Of a stretch of DNA of 64,000 bases, positions 23,590 to 35,235 are shown piece by piece. The notes below the pieces were generated by a model. It searched no databases. It was not told the DNA's origin and worked only from the letters and a program-made list of their open reading frames with translations. Position numbers and translations under genes: made by a program. Within the stretch, counting starts at the first letter, position 1. Each line of letters opens with the position of its first letter. Source of the stretch: Octopus sinensis (taxonomy: Eukaryota); contig NC_043003.1 in the NCBI RefSeq assembly GCF_006345805.1, positions 84,940,001-85,004,000 on the forward strand, given 5' to 3'.

Positions 23590-24690
23590 GTAAATGAAGG
23601 TTTTCCGTACGCGTGCTACACGAACTCATACCTCTTTGTTTACAAGACCAAGTGTGCTAGCGATGACACTAGTGAACCTACCTGAATTCTTTTGTCAGAT
23701 TTAAGAACTCTAATTAGTTCGTAGTTGTTTTTGTAAATAAACTTTCGTGTGATTTTACTGCGCATGGTTTTTTTAAGCAGTGTCGATTTTTTACAATTCT
23801 GTAAATAATAATAATAGTATTTTATAAGCTTCACACTTATAGCGATCACTGCATAATGACTAAAGAACATAGTCACGGTTAGGGAAAACCTACTCTTTTC
23901 TGTCGGGGGCTTATATGCTCCATTATTAGACTATTTTCTTCGGTCATTGCGCGGTGATCGTTATAAGCTTTAAGCTTATAAAATAGTATTATTATTATTA
24001 TTTACAGAATTGTAAATATCGACACTGCTTAAAAAGCCATTCGCAGCAAAAAACACGAAAGTTTGTTTACAAAAACAACTTTGAACTAATTATAATTCTT
24101 AAATATGATAAAAAAAAAAATGCAAGTTGGTACGCTAGCACACTTGGCCGCGTAAACAAAGAGGTCTGGGTTCGAGTACCTCGCGTACGGAAAACCTACT
24201 TTCTTTCTGTTGAGGGGCTGGAGTTTATATGCCCAATTCTTAGACTATTTTCTTTAGTCATTGCACGGTGATTGCTTTAAGATTATAAAATACAATTATT
24301 ATTAATTATAGAATATATATATATATATATATACATGTATGTATGTATAAACATATATCCAAATTGAGGGAGCAGGGCAGGTAAAATCCAGACTACATAT
24401 GTTTCCTAGCAAGCAGATCCTTTTCTCGAAGCTTACACATTTCCTACCCTTAGATCTTTGGATCTTATTATCACACACACACACACACACATGTATCCCC
24501 AGCTGCATCCTTGTTATACGAGAAAAGCCATTGTCAAGAAGACTTACTGAAATGATTCATGATTGTTGCCATGTGATGCTCTTATATGACTTTTAAGCCC
24601 GGCCATGCTTTTAGACATTTTATTACATACTAGACAAAAAATGCAAGTTAGTTCGCTAGTGTAATCGGTAGCACACTTGGCCGCGTAAAC
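23590..24690. repeat. About 310-bp unit with a tRNA-like segment, arranged inverted plus tandem
   Basis: 23600-23880 is the reverse complement of about 23925-24200. ggaaaacctact...ttagactattttct recurs at about 23882 and 24190. B-box-like GGTTCGAGTACC at about 24170. Partial copy at 24635-24690. Confidence 0.7.
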
Positions 24691-24714
24691 ATATAAATAT
24701 AAATATGTGTGCGT

Positions 24715-24910
24715 GATTGATCACCATGATTGATCGCTAAACCTTTCTTATTTTCTCTCTCTGCTTTTTTCTGTGTTCCCTTCTGTTGAAGTGCGTAGGC
24801 TTGAAACGTAAAAGACTTTCTCACTTCCCGAGTGTTAAACTAATACATCTGTTTGTTGTTTACACACCCGCCTTCGTCTTTTGCTTTGTTCTTTTTGGTA
24901 AATTCCAACT
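24715..24910 (+). mobile_element. Penelope-type terminal-repeat fragment (ttctgttgaag...gaaacgtaaaagactttctc)
   Basis: Related copy at about 60010-60100; decayed hammerhead-like arrangement CTGTTGA-a-gtgc gtag gctt-GAAA-CGTA. Confidence 0.45.
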
Positions 24911-25064
24911 ATATATACATATATATATATATATATTTTCTAGTTTCAGCTCAGAGCTGCGGCCATGCTGATGCAATATATATATATACATACATATACA
25001 CAGAGAGAGAGAGAGAGTTAGGGAGTGGGAGAGAGACAAGTATAGCTATAAACAGATAGATATG

Positions 25065-25215
25065 AATACACGACAGGCTTCCACACAGTTTTTGGCTACC
25101 AACTTCACTCATTAGGTATTGGTCGACCCGGTACAATGGAAGACACTTGCCGAAGGTATCGTACATGGGACTTTACACGAAACTCCTCAGTTGCAAAACA
25201 AACTTTTTAACCTTA
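25065..25215 (-). mobile_element. Fragment of a third SINE family (gaagacacttgcc...)
   Basis: Recalled similarity to a common octopus SINE; decayed. Confidence 0.45.
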
Positions 25216-25843
25216 AACCCCCCGCTTAACTTTTAATAATTGATGTGGTTAATAATATTTTTTGATACATTGTATTTGTTTGTGTAACATTTCTGTATTG
25301 TCATGCTGGAGAGCCGTAAATTTGATTTATACTTACATGTCAGTTTGGTTGAAAAAATCTGGTGATGTAAAATACTGTTTCTCATCATCAGCCACCATAT
25401 ATGAATCATTATATAACTCAAGAGTCGCTAGCAAAACAAAAAGTTATTAAGGAGTGATTATATGTGAGAAAAATTCAACATCTGCATGTAAACTGTGTAA
25501 TACATTCAGCAATGACATATATAAACATATGGTAACGGTCTTCTTGCAAATTTAACAATATCAATATTTATATGACCTAACGTTCGAACTATAATGCGCG
25601 AGTCACTGTGTCCACACGCACATACAAGCATAAGAAACACACTACGGAAACCTAAAGACAATAAACACAAACATAGGCGAGCGCACATACATACATATAT
25701 ACATACACATGCAGACGCGCGCGCGCACACACACACACACACACAATCCAAATAAGAAGACGAAGAAACAGTTCATCACAGCTTTAATGACCACTCACAA
25801 TTGTTTACGGGGCAAATCTGTTTCCAACCATATGGTTACGAAA

Positions 25844-25927
<84 letters not shown>

Positions 25928-26227
25928 TTGCTTATATGTATAGTTATATTACATAGGGTATTATATTTGAACAGTAATTTTATATTTGAAAAGGAAAAGT
26001 TTAACGGTGACTTCGAACTTCCAACAGTTGTGGCTCCCTCAAACTCTCTGTTTTCTGATGTATATTGGCAGCCATTATGCTAACGCAAGTCCAGATATAA
26101 CAACTAAGCATTACTGATGAGGAGGGACAAGATTTACAGTAGAATCATGCTTATAAAATTCCTTTTCACTGGCACTTATAAAGTTTTGTTTGACTTTTAA
26201 AATTGTCAAGCGAAAATTAGTCGCTGT

Positions 26228-26316
26228 CAGCGTTTGTGTGTGTGTGCATATGTGTGTGCGTATGTGTGTGTGTGTGTGTATGTGTGTGTGTGTGTATGTG
26301 TGTGTGTGTGTGTTTG

Positions 26317-26375
<59 letters not shown>

Positions 26376-26385
26376 CGAGAGAGAT
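26228..26385. repeat. (GT)n microsatellite
   Basis: Direct. Confidence 0.95.
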
Positions 26386-26478
26386 TCTATTAGTGTGTGC
26401 ATATGTGGTGCTGAATGAATTTAAAAGTCGTTTATGCATGCATCTTTTGTGTTGTTCATGTAAACATTGAGCTCACAC

Positions 26479-26516
<38 letters not shown>

Positions 26517-26689
26517 CAGCAAAACAACCCGCATAAGGACTTACGTGAGAGAAGTTCGTACTTTGCTACGAATGATACATCCACTATAGGGTGCGCGGAG
26601 TAGAACATCACATGGAATGATTTCGTTTCAGTTTGGAATATCGGATTTTCATCATTGCAAAACTTTTTCAGAAGTGTTCTTGAGTTTGG

Positions 26690-27110
26690 CGAACCTGAAA
26701 AAAACATATATTTATGCATTTTATGTAATGGTGCTCATGAAAACTAAACCTCTCCCACCACAACCCTTGTTTATACAGAGCGCCGCTGAAGCAGCACTGG
26801 AGGTGGCGGAGAGTTATCTCCCTGCTAGCGATATAACTATTGCATTGGCATCCTTTCTGTCTCGGGAGACAATGGAGTTGCGCATGAAGTAGTCTAGTCC
26901 GGCTTTTATATTTCATGTCCTGATACATTTCCTGCTGTGGCTGTGTAGTCCTATCCTGGACAAACACTCCCTCTGGCAGGTACCGCAAATGTAGCGAAGA
27001 CTTTTCCTGGCTGGTTGTAGTGCCATAGTCTCTTGTTTACGTCTCTTCCTTTCTTTCCATTTTTCCTCTCTCTCTCTGTCACTCTTTTGTATTCCCTCTT
27101 TTACTGTACG
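26690..27110 (-). mobile_element. Probable RTE-clade LINE 3' fragment
   Basis: GC-rich island; the minus-strand reading MRNSIVSRDRKDANAIVISLAGR* is like an RTE C-terminus. Confidence 0.4.
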
Positions 27111-27561
27111 TCGCGATATAACTAAGTGTACATTTTTACATATAACTAAGTGTACATTTTTACACCAAAAACCAATATGAGAGTTTCTCTCGTGGTATCT
27201 ACCACAGTATAGTTTCTTCTAACAGAACACCCACGTTTAAGTGGAGATTATATTACTCTACTTAAGACATAGTATTCGTTCATGACGAAAAAACGCAAGA
27301 GTATATTCTGAGATACACTGGAATTGAATCATTTGCACTTTGCAAACTTATAATGGAATCTAAATCCCGGCATGCAAGCGAAGAAATCACTTGTTAGTTA
27401 TATAGTGTTGTCACCATTTCCAGTACTGTATTGGCACTTATATACAGTACAACTAGCTGGGTTGTGGTGATATGAATTAAACATCTCGTCATAGATGTGA
27501 CCTAACATCAATTGACTTAGCAACTATAACTTTCACATGTATATCGTTAATGATACAGACA

Positions 27562-27626
<65 letters not shown>

Positions 27627-27657
27627 GCGCATGCACGCACACATACACCCATATATA

Positions 27658-27860
27658 TATATGTTGAAAAGTTCCTGGTTTTGGGTAAAAAATAATACAG
27701 GAGGATCAGTTAATTATGATTTTTTTCAACATATTCCCCTCTCAAATCACACACTTATTGCAGCGGTCCTTAAGTTATTCTAAGCTCCGTAAAAGAACTC
27801 GGAAGTTTGGACCTCCAGCCAGGTCTTTCACGATACCCTTAAAGCCAAGAACTTTTCGGC
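27658..27860 (-). mobile_element. Mariner 3' end fragment
   Basis: Minus strand reads ...LKDRCNKCV..RGEYVEK (transposase C-terminus); TIR-like gttgaaaagttcctgg. Confidence 0.7.
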
Positions 27861-27904
27861 ACACGTTCGTATATACATACACACATTTACATATATATAT
27901 ATAT

Positions 27905-28020
27905 ATCTCGATCACGAGACCGACCAGACCATCAGGTGTTATTACACACCGATGGTCAAAATGCGTTCGCATTGTTTTAGCCTTCAAAGACGCCACCCCG
28001 CTGGCTAAGCGAGCAGGCCA
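27905..28020 (-). mobile_element. Short SINE-like fragment (tggcctgctcgcttagccagcggggtggcg...)
   Basis: GC-rich island between TA tracts; recalled octopus interspersed repeat. Confidence 0.45.
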
Positions 28021-28034
28021 ATATATATATATAT

Positions 28035-28730
28035 ATATATAAAATAAATTACTTTGCCACATACTGAACTCATTAGAAATAGTAGCTAAAAAAACTTTTT
28101 TAAAACTATTTCTAATACTTAAAGAAAATCTCTCTCATATAGTGTTTGCTCAATTCAACTCACGAAAGTATGGGGGTAAAGACATTAAAAAATCAGATGC
28201 AAAGGTTATTTGAGAACGTACGTTTCAAGATTAGTCAACTCGACATTTCTATCATCAGCTCAGAACTCCTTGGTTTGGATTTGAAAACACTGAAAGTGGG
28301 AGCATACCCTTTCGGCTTCTTATCGCTTCTGAAGATCTGCTCGAAACTAACAGTGCCAGCACACCCAAAATATGCAAGCGAAGAATTTCTGCTCTCCCCT
28401 TTCCACCAGCCTGGGTTAAAATCAGTAAACACTATGCTTTTTTCGGTAAATCCGAAACATTAAATAGAGAGAGATGAATTATAATTTCAACAATTGAGGG
28501 TAAAATTAATTAATTAATTATTAATCAATTTCACCAATCAATTTCACCAATCAATTTTTTTAGCTACTATTTCTAATGAGTTCAGTATGTGGCAAAGTAA
28601 TTTATTTTACTAAGCCCTTTTATATAATGTAATAATTTGAATTCGCCTTAAATGGTCCCTTTACATACTGAACACTTGGTGAAATTGATTAATAATTAAT
28701 TAATTAATTTTACGCTCAATTGTTGAAATA
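28035..28730. mobile_element. Second, longer copy of the foldback element with about 330-bp internal sequence
   Basis: Same termini and tail as 21871-22332; extra inverted copy of the tail at about 28490-28550. Confidence 0.85.
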
Positions 28731-29149
28731 TATATATATATATATATATCCATACACACACTTACCCCCTCTCTCTCACTCTCTCACTCACTATGTGTGT
28801 GTGTGTATTGCATGTGTGTTGTGTGTGTATGTGCGTGTGTAAGACTTTGTTCAAGATGTTTTACTCTAATGATTAATTTTATTTTCATTTTATATATATG
28901 GTTTTGGTTAAATTTTGTTTAAGTTATATCTTTGTGTATTTAAACATAACTGTTACCTTCATATACAGCGATATACTTTGATTGGCAGTCTTCATTTTCT
29001 TCTCCCATATCCGTAAAAAGAAACTACAGCAGAATGGTGTCGTTTCCTCCCCCGTTTGAAATAAACCATTTGCAATAGATGTGACAAAGGTAGAATAAAA
29101 CAAAACCAAATAAGAAAAAAAATAAAACAAAATGGCTCACAATTTTATC

Positions 29150-30240
29150 TTTTGTTATTTAGTGCAAGTTTATCAACATGCCAGACTAAATGCTTTATGG
29201 CATTTCATCTGTCTTTCCGTTCTGTATTCAAACTCCACCGAGCTTGACTTTACTAGTCATCCTTTCGGAGTTGAGATAAGTGTCAGTTGAGCACTGGGGT
29301 CGATGTAATAGACTACAAATCCAACCCCACCAAAATTTCAGGCCTTCTGTCTACAATAGAAGAACTGATAATGCGCTGATCAAGCTGAACTCTTAGCACA
29401 CCAGACAAAATCTTGCCGAATCCTTAGCACACCAGATCAAATCTCGCCGAAGTCGATTTTGCTTTCCAAGTGGCACAACCGTTACTGGATCAGGAAAATT
29501 GTATAGCGGCATTTCTTTCGACTCTTTACATTCTGGATTCAAATCATTCCGAAGTCAACTTTACTTTTCATTCTTTCGAGGTCGATTAAATAAAGCATTG
29601 GTCAAGAACTGTGGTCATTGTAATCGATTAAACTCTTCCCTCAAAATTGAAAGCCTTTTGCCCAAGTTTGAAACAATTATTTAGTGCAATTAAGGTTATT
29701 GACTTGGCAATATTTTTAGATCATCTGATGTAGTCATGCGATAGTTTTACCGGCTCTTTACGTTCTGAGTTCACATGTCAAGGTCAACTTTGCCTTTAAT
29801 TCTGTCAGGATCGATAAAATATTGCACCAATCAAGTACTGAGAACAATGATATTAACTAAACCATTCCTTCAAAACTTGACATCGGGCCGTGAGTTGGCA
29901 GAAGCGCAAGAGCCTCATGCAAAATGCTTTGCGATACTTGTTCCGGCTCTTTACGAGATCAAGTCCCACCTTTCAACTCTCAGAGATCGTTAAATTAAAA
30001 AATACCAGTCAAATACAGGGTTCGATATAATCAGTTGAATCCTCATGAATTTCAGGCTTTTTATCTACATTAGAAACAATTTAGTCCAAGTTAGTTGAAA
30101 CCGAGGAGTGTTAGTTTGAATAACTTGAGGTATTTAATTATATCTTATTTAAGTTCTCAGTTGAAATACCTCTGATGCTGACTTGACCCTTTATGCCGTT
30201 GGGAATCGATAGAATATGTAACAATCAAGTAATGCCATTG
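29150..30240 (+). mobile_element. Cluster of degenerate SINE family A copies
   Basis: Repeated gtcaactttgcctt...atcctttcgg...gataa...gtacc motifs at about 29250, 29450, 29790, 29970 and 30180. Confidence 0.7.
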
Positions 30241-31262
30241 TTAGCCATTTAAGGGGCAGTTAGTACAAAAACAAAATATTGTGAACGACAAATCTGCTTT
30301 TTCCTATTCAGTCTCATTTCTTTACATTATATTCATCCGGCATCGATGCGATATATAGCAGTAATATTCTAGAGTGGATCAACTGAATTGATCATGAACA
30401 TGCCCTATTAAACATGTAGCTTTCGTTAATGTTAAAACCCAATGAAAGACGCACAACGTTGTCCATTAGCCAAATTATCATCTAAAAATCCACCGATGGA
30501 AGGATGAACTGTGGATTGCCTCCCAAAATCATAATCAAGACCTTAATGGCGTACAATGGTAGAGTGATTGATGAGAGAACGGAATATTTAACGATTTCAT
30601 GATCATACCCAAAGCAAGTGTACTTTGTAGTTGATAGCTGCTACTGCTAATGATGATATCAGTGGTGATGATAACAATGTTGGTGATGATAATAGCATTA
30701 TTGATGACGATGGAGGTGATGATGATGATGATAATGATATCGGTGGTGACGAAGATGGTAACGATGATGGTAACGATTATGTAAATGAGAAGTAACGAAT
30801 TCTGTATATTTCTTACGAGCTTTAACGGCATATGTCAAATGAGTTTTTCTCATGTAATTGTAAGCAATATGCTGAATGTTGTCGTTTTCCATATGATAAC
30901 ATAAGCTGGACAATAAGCAAGCAATAATATGACATCGCCTAAGCAAAAGAATTACTTTCGTGTGTGAATATATATCTAATTTTTATGAAGAAAATAAATT
31001 GAAGGCACAACCTTAGATTAAAGAGAAAGTGTAATCTCCATGTCGATTGTGGTTGGATTATTTAACCAGTTTTTTTTTTATCACCTTGCCGAAACCAGCA
31101 GAAAAAATACTCTTGGTTTTAAGCAAAAGATACGAAGAAAACTGTTAACAATATATATAAAAACATTACGAAGAGTGCATGTGCCGAACTTATTGCTATT
31201 TTACGATATCCAATATTATGTAAAGTTATAGTAGGTACTATATAATCCAGATCATTGCTTAC

Positions 31263-31353
31263 CTGCCATCATCCGGAAAACTGAATGGTGTTACATTGAA
31301 GAATTGGGTTGTCCTTTTGGCATGAAAAAGCTTCAGAGCAGGGCAGTTATTTT
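31263..31353 (-). CDS. CUB-domain gene exon (ENNCPALKLFHAKRTTQFFNVTPFSFPDDGS), start of the second visible CUB domain
   Basis: gactatttgtAG acceptor, GTAAGC donor, 91 nt, phase 1 to 2. Joins both neighbours in frame. Confidence 0.75.
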
Positions 31354-32345
31354 CTACAAATAGTCGAAATATTAAACATTACATTTGAGTTTGGAAAAAT
31401 GTTTGAAGTACCAATATATCATAATACTGAAAATGTTTCTATAACACAGTATAATGCGGTATTGCATGTAGTTAGAGATAAGTAAACGAATTATTGTGTA
31501 ATCTATTCTGATGTGCCATAAACTGTACACAACGGGCGTGCACTGTGGGCATATACGGTATTCCCAAAATACTGATAATAATTATGAAAATAACTATATA
31601 ACTATAAAGATAGTAATGACGAATATATCTATGATTCGACTTCGCTGTACAATGAATTGTTTGGATAAGATCTGGGTTAATCATTGCCTTGTGACTGGAA
31701 ATTTTAGACTGAAACATATATTTATACTATATACATACACATATTTATACACACGCACACACACAGATATATATGTACGCACAAACACACACATATATAT
31801 ACATAGATATATATGCACGTACCCACACACGCGCACACACACGCACAAACACACACAATATTTTGCTGATTTCTAATGTTCCATCTTCAAGTGTCCAGTC
31901 AGTCATATCGGTCCCAGTGACTACTCCTGTCTAGTACTTATTTTATCGAACTTGTGGAATCGTTCAGTTACAAAATATCTTCATCCAATTTTGAAGGTCT
32001 TCCACTGCGACTGTCATCTTCCAAGCTAAACTCTCCTGCTTTAAATTTTGCAAACCACCTTCGAACAGCTGATTCACCTACAGCAACATCACCATAAACT
32101 TCACAAACGTTTTTGTAAGTCTTTGCAGCATTCTCTCCTTTTTTTTTTAAATAAAGAACAGCATTACAACGCGAATATAAATTTATTTGTTATCTATTTC
32201 ACAAGTCAATTAAAGGTAACCGGAATCAAGCAACGCCAAAGTTTTAACTGTTATATTTCAGGTGTGTTCAATAAGGCGTTAAAAGATTTAGCTTAAAATC
32301 TTTCAGAGCTTTCGAGACAACCTAATACACACACACACACACACA

Positions 32346-32402
<57 letters not shown>

Positions 32403-32899
32403 GCACACACACACACACACACATTTGTATACATATATATATATAGATATCTTGTAGAGTATTAGTAATAATGGTGCACCACTCCCACGTGACGAATGAA
32501 ATAACATGCGATAAGTAAAAAGAAGGACATGAAGTACCAGAGTACGTAGTAGTCGGTCAGAGATAGTCGTGTCTTTACTGATCTTACTAAGTATACTGTA
32601 TACTTAAGTGGATATAAGAGTGGCAACGAGGATTTAAACAACGCATGACAAATTAATAAACGCGAAAAGAATTTAGACAACTCACGAGGAATGAATAAAC
32701 TTTACGGGGATAAACCAATTTATGTGGAGCTAATAGAAACTCGAAGAGGAGTTAATAAACTCACAAAGTGGATGTACGAATTTTACGAATATTTGTAAAA
32801 GTATGGAAAATACTGGTGTTGATGTAACGACTATCCCCCCCCTCCCTCATATTTCAAGCATCGTGCTTATGATAGAAAGGATTATTATTAATATTACTA

Positions 32900-33375
32900 A
32901 GGCAGCGAGTTGGTAGAATCGTTAGCATGCTGGACGAAATGCTTATCGTCGCTACCTTCCAAGTTCAAAGTCCGTCGAGATCGACTTTACCTTTAATCCC
33001 TTCAGGGTCGGTGAAATAAGTACCAGTTGAGTACTGGTGTCGATGCAGTCGTCTAGCCCCATCCCACTAAATTTCAGACCTTGTGCTTTTAGAAGAAAGG
33101 ATTAAACGATTATTGTTGTTGTTATTGTTGTTATCATCATTATCATTATTATTATTTTTATTAAGTCGGGGAGCTGACAGAATCGTTACCGCGCTCGACG
33201 AAATGCTTAACGGTATTTTGCCCGCCGCTACTGTCTGAGTTCAAATTCCGCCGAGGTCGACTTTGCCTTTCATCCTTTCGGGGTCGAATACATAAGAACC
33301 TGTAACGCACTGGGGTCGATGTAATCGACTTAATTCCTTCCCCCAAATTTGAGATCTTGTATTTCCAGTAGAAAG
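32900..33375 (+). mobile_element. Two tandem SINE family A copies (32900-33100, 33160-33375)
   Basis: Both carry the head and the ttcatcctttcggggtcg core. Confidence 0.88.
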
Positions 33376-33376
33376 A

Positions 33377-33412
<36 letters not shown>

Positions 33413-33419
33413 TTAGTTT

Positions 33420-33826
33420 TTTTATTTTTATAGCGCGCTTTCACTTCACTACTGAGCGCAGCTCTGTGTGCCTTGGGTATGTGCTGTGATTTGTTGTGAT
33501 ACTCTGATGGTTACTGTATGGAAAGTGTTCTGCGTAGGATGTGTGCAATGCCTAGTAGTGCAATTTTCTGTATGTTATATGTGTTTGTAAGTCCTGGTGT
33601 TTTTGTTATGTATTTGTCCGAATATTTTTTTATCATGCCTAATGCACCTACTATGATAGGAATTGTTTGTTTTTACATTCCACATTCTAGTTACCTCTAT
33701 TTCCAGGTCTTTGTATTTTGAAAGTTTCTCCATTTCTTTTAGACACACGTTGTCATCTGCTATATCTGGTCTGTTGTACTTAATTTCTCTATCTGTGTGT
33801 ATTGGCATATCCCAGAGTATGTTTGC

Positions 33827-33890
<64 letters not shown>

Positions 33891-35235
33891 CTTTTATCAC
33901 GTGCTTTCACTGCACTACCAGGCGCAGCTCTATGAGCCTTGGGTATGTACTGTCGTTGTGATGCTCTCATTTTTACTGTACTGAAAGTGTTTTACGTAGG
34001 ATGTGTGTGGTACAAGTTGTGCTATTTTTTTTGTTATATATACTTGTCAATCCTGGTGTTTTTGTTATGTATTTGTCAAAATATCTTTTTAATCATATCT
34101 AATGTGCCTACTATGATAGGAATTGTTTCTTATTTTGGACTCCACATTCGAGTTACCTCTATTTCCAGGTCTTTGTATTTTGAAAGTTTCTCATTTTATT
34201 TTAGAGAAACATTGTCATCTGTTGGTATTGATACATCAATAAAACATTTTTTTCTTGATCTCTATTGGCCTTAATTTCTCTGTCTGAGTGTATTGGCATA
34301 TCTCAGAGTACGGTTGCTTTCTCATTTTCTGTGACCTTTTAGGTGCTATGGCTTCTTTTTTGTATTTGTCAGCTTCTTTAAAGACTGAAAACGTTATTTT
34401 GTTTTGTTCGTGTTTTGTGGTTATTTGTATTAGTTTTCCTTGCTTCTGATGTAGGTCTTTGGTGGTTATTTTGTAATAGTTTTCTAGCTGTATAAGGCAT
34501 CTACCACCTTCCATACGTTGTATATATAACCTTTCTATGTCAGAGTTTGGGTGGTGCATCCTAAGTCCTGTCATTATATTTCTTGTTTTCCTGTCTATTT
34601 TGATTAATTCATTTAGAGACCAGTTAAGAATATTGTAGCTGTAACTTATAACTGGGACGGCTAGAGTGTTGATACCTATTATCTTGTTTTTCGCATTGAG
34701 CTCTGTTTTCTGTATTAATCTAATTCGTCTATAGTATTCTTTTATCTTCTCTTTCATTTGTATGTGTTGCATCGTATCTAGTTCATTGATTCCGAAGTAT
34801 TTGTATGTCTGGCTTTGATCTAATTCTCTTATTTAATTTGCATTGCCTAGTGTAATGTTGCGACTCTTAACTAGTTTTCCACTCTTCAAAGTTGCTTTGG
34901 TACATTTCTCTAAGCCAAATTTCATGTTTATTTCTTTGGTAAATATATGTACTGTCTGTAGTAATGTTTCCAGCTGTTTATCATTTGTAGCGTACAGTTT
35001 TAGATCATCCATATATACGGTGTGGCTGATTGCTTTACCGTAACAGTTGCATGCACATCCAGTTCTATTTAGCTGGTCAGATAAAGGTGTCAGTGCCAAG
35101 CAGGAAAGGAGTGGAGAGGGTGTATCTTCCTAGAATATTCTTCTTCTAATGGGGATGGCTTTGGCTTTTATGTGTCACTCTTTTGTCTGGAGCTGGAGCA
35201 CTGTCTACTATTTATTTATTGAATATGTTATATAT
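33420..35235 (-). mobile_element. Two tandem 3' fragments of an R4/Dong-like LINE separated by (TTA)n
   Basis: Shared 3' UTR (cgcgctttcacttcactac / gtgctttcactgcactac), KYKDLEIEVTRMW and YNRPDI endonuclease motifs, YMDDLKLY RT motif near 35000. Confidence 0.88.

Noticed and set aside
30300-30560. CUB-like words on the minus strand (RWIFR, ITAIY)
   Set aside because: Scattered over frames with stops; the + strand reads RWKDEL..., more like a decayed RTE tail; the 31.3-kb exon joins 23.2 kb directly.
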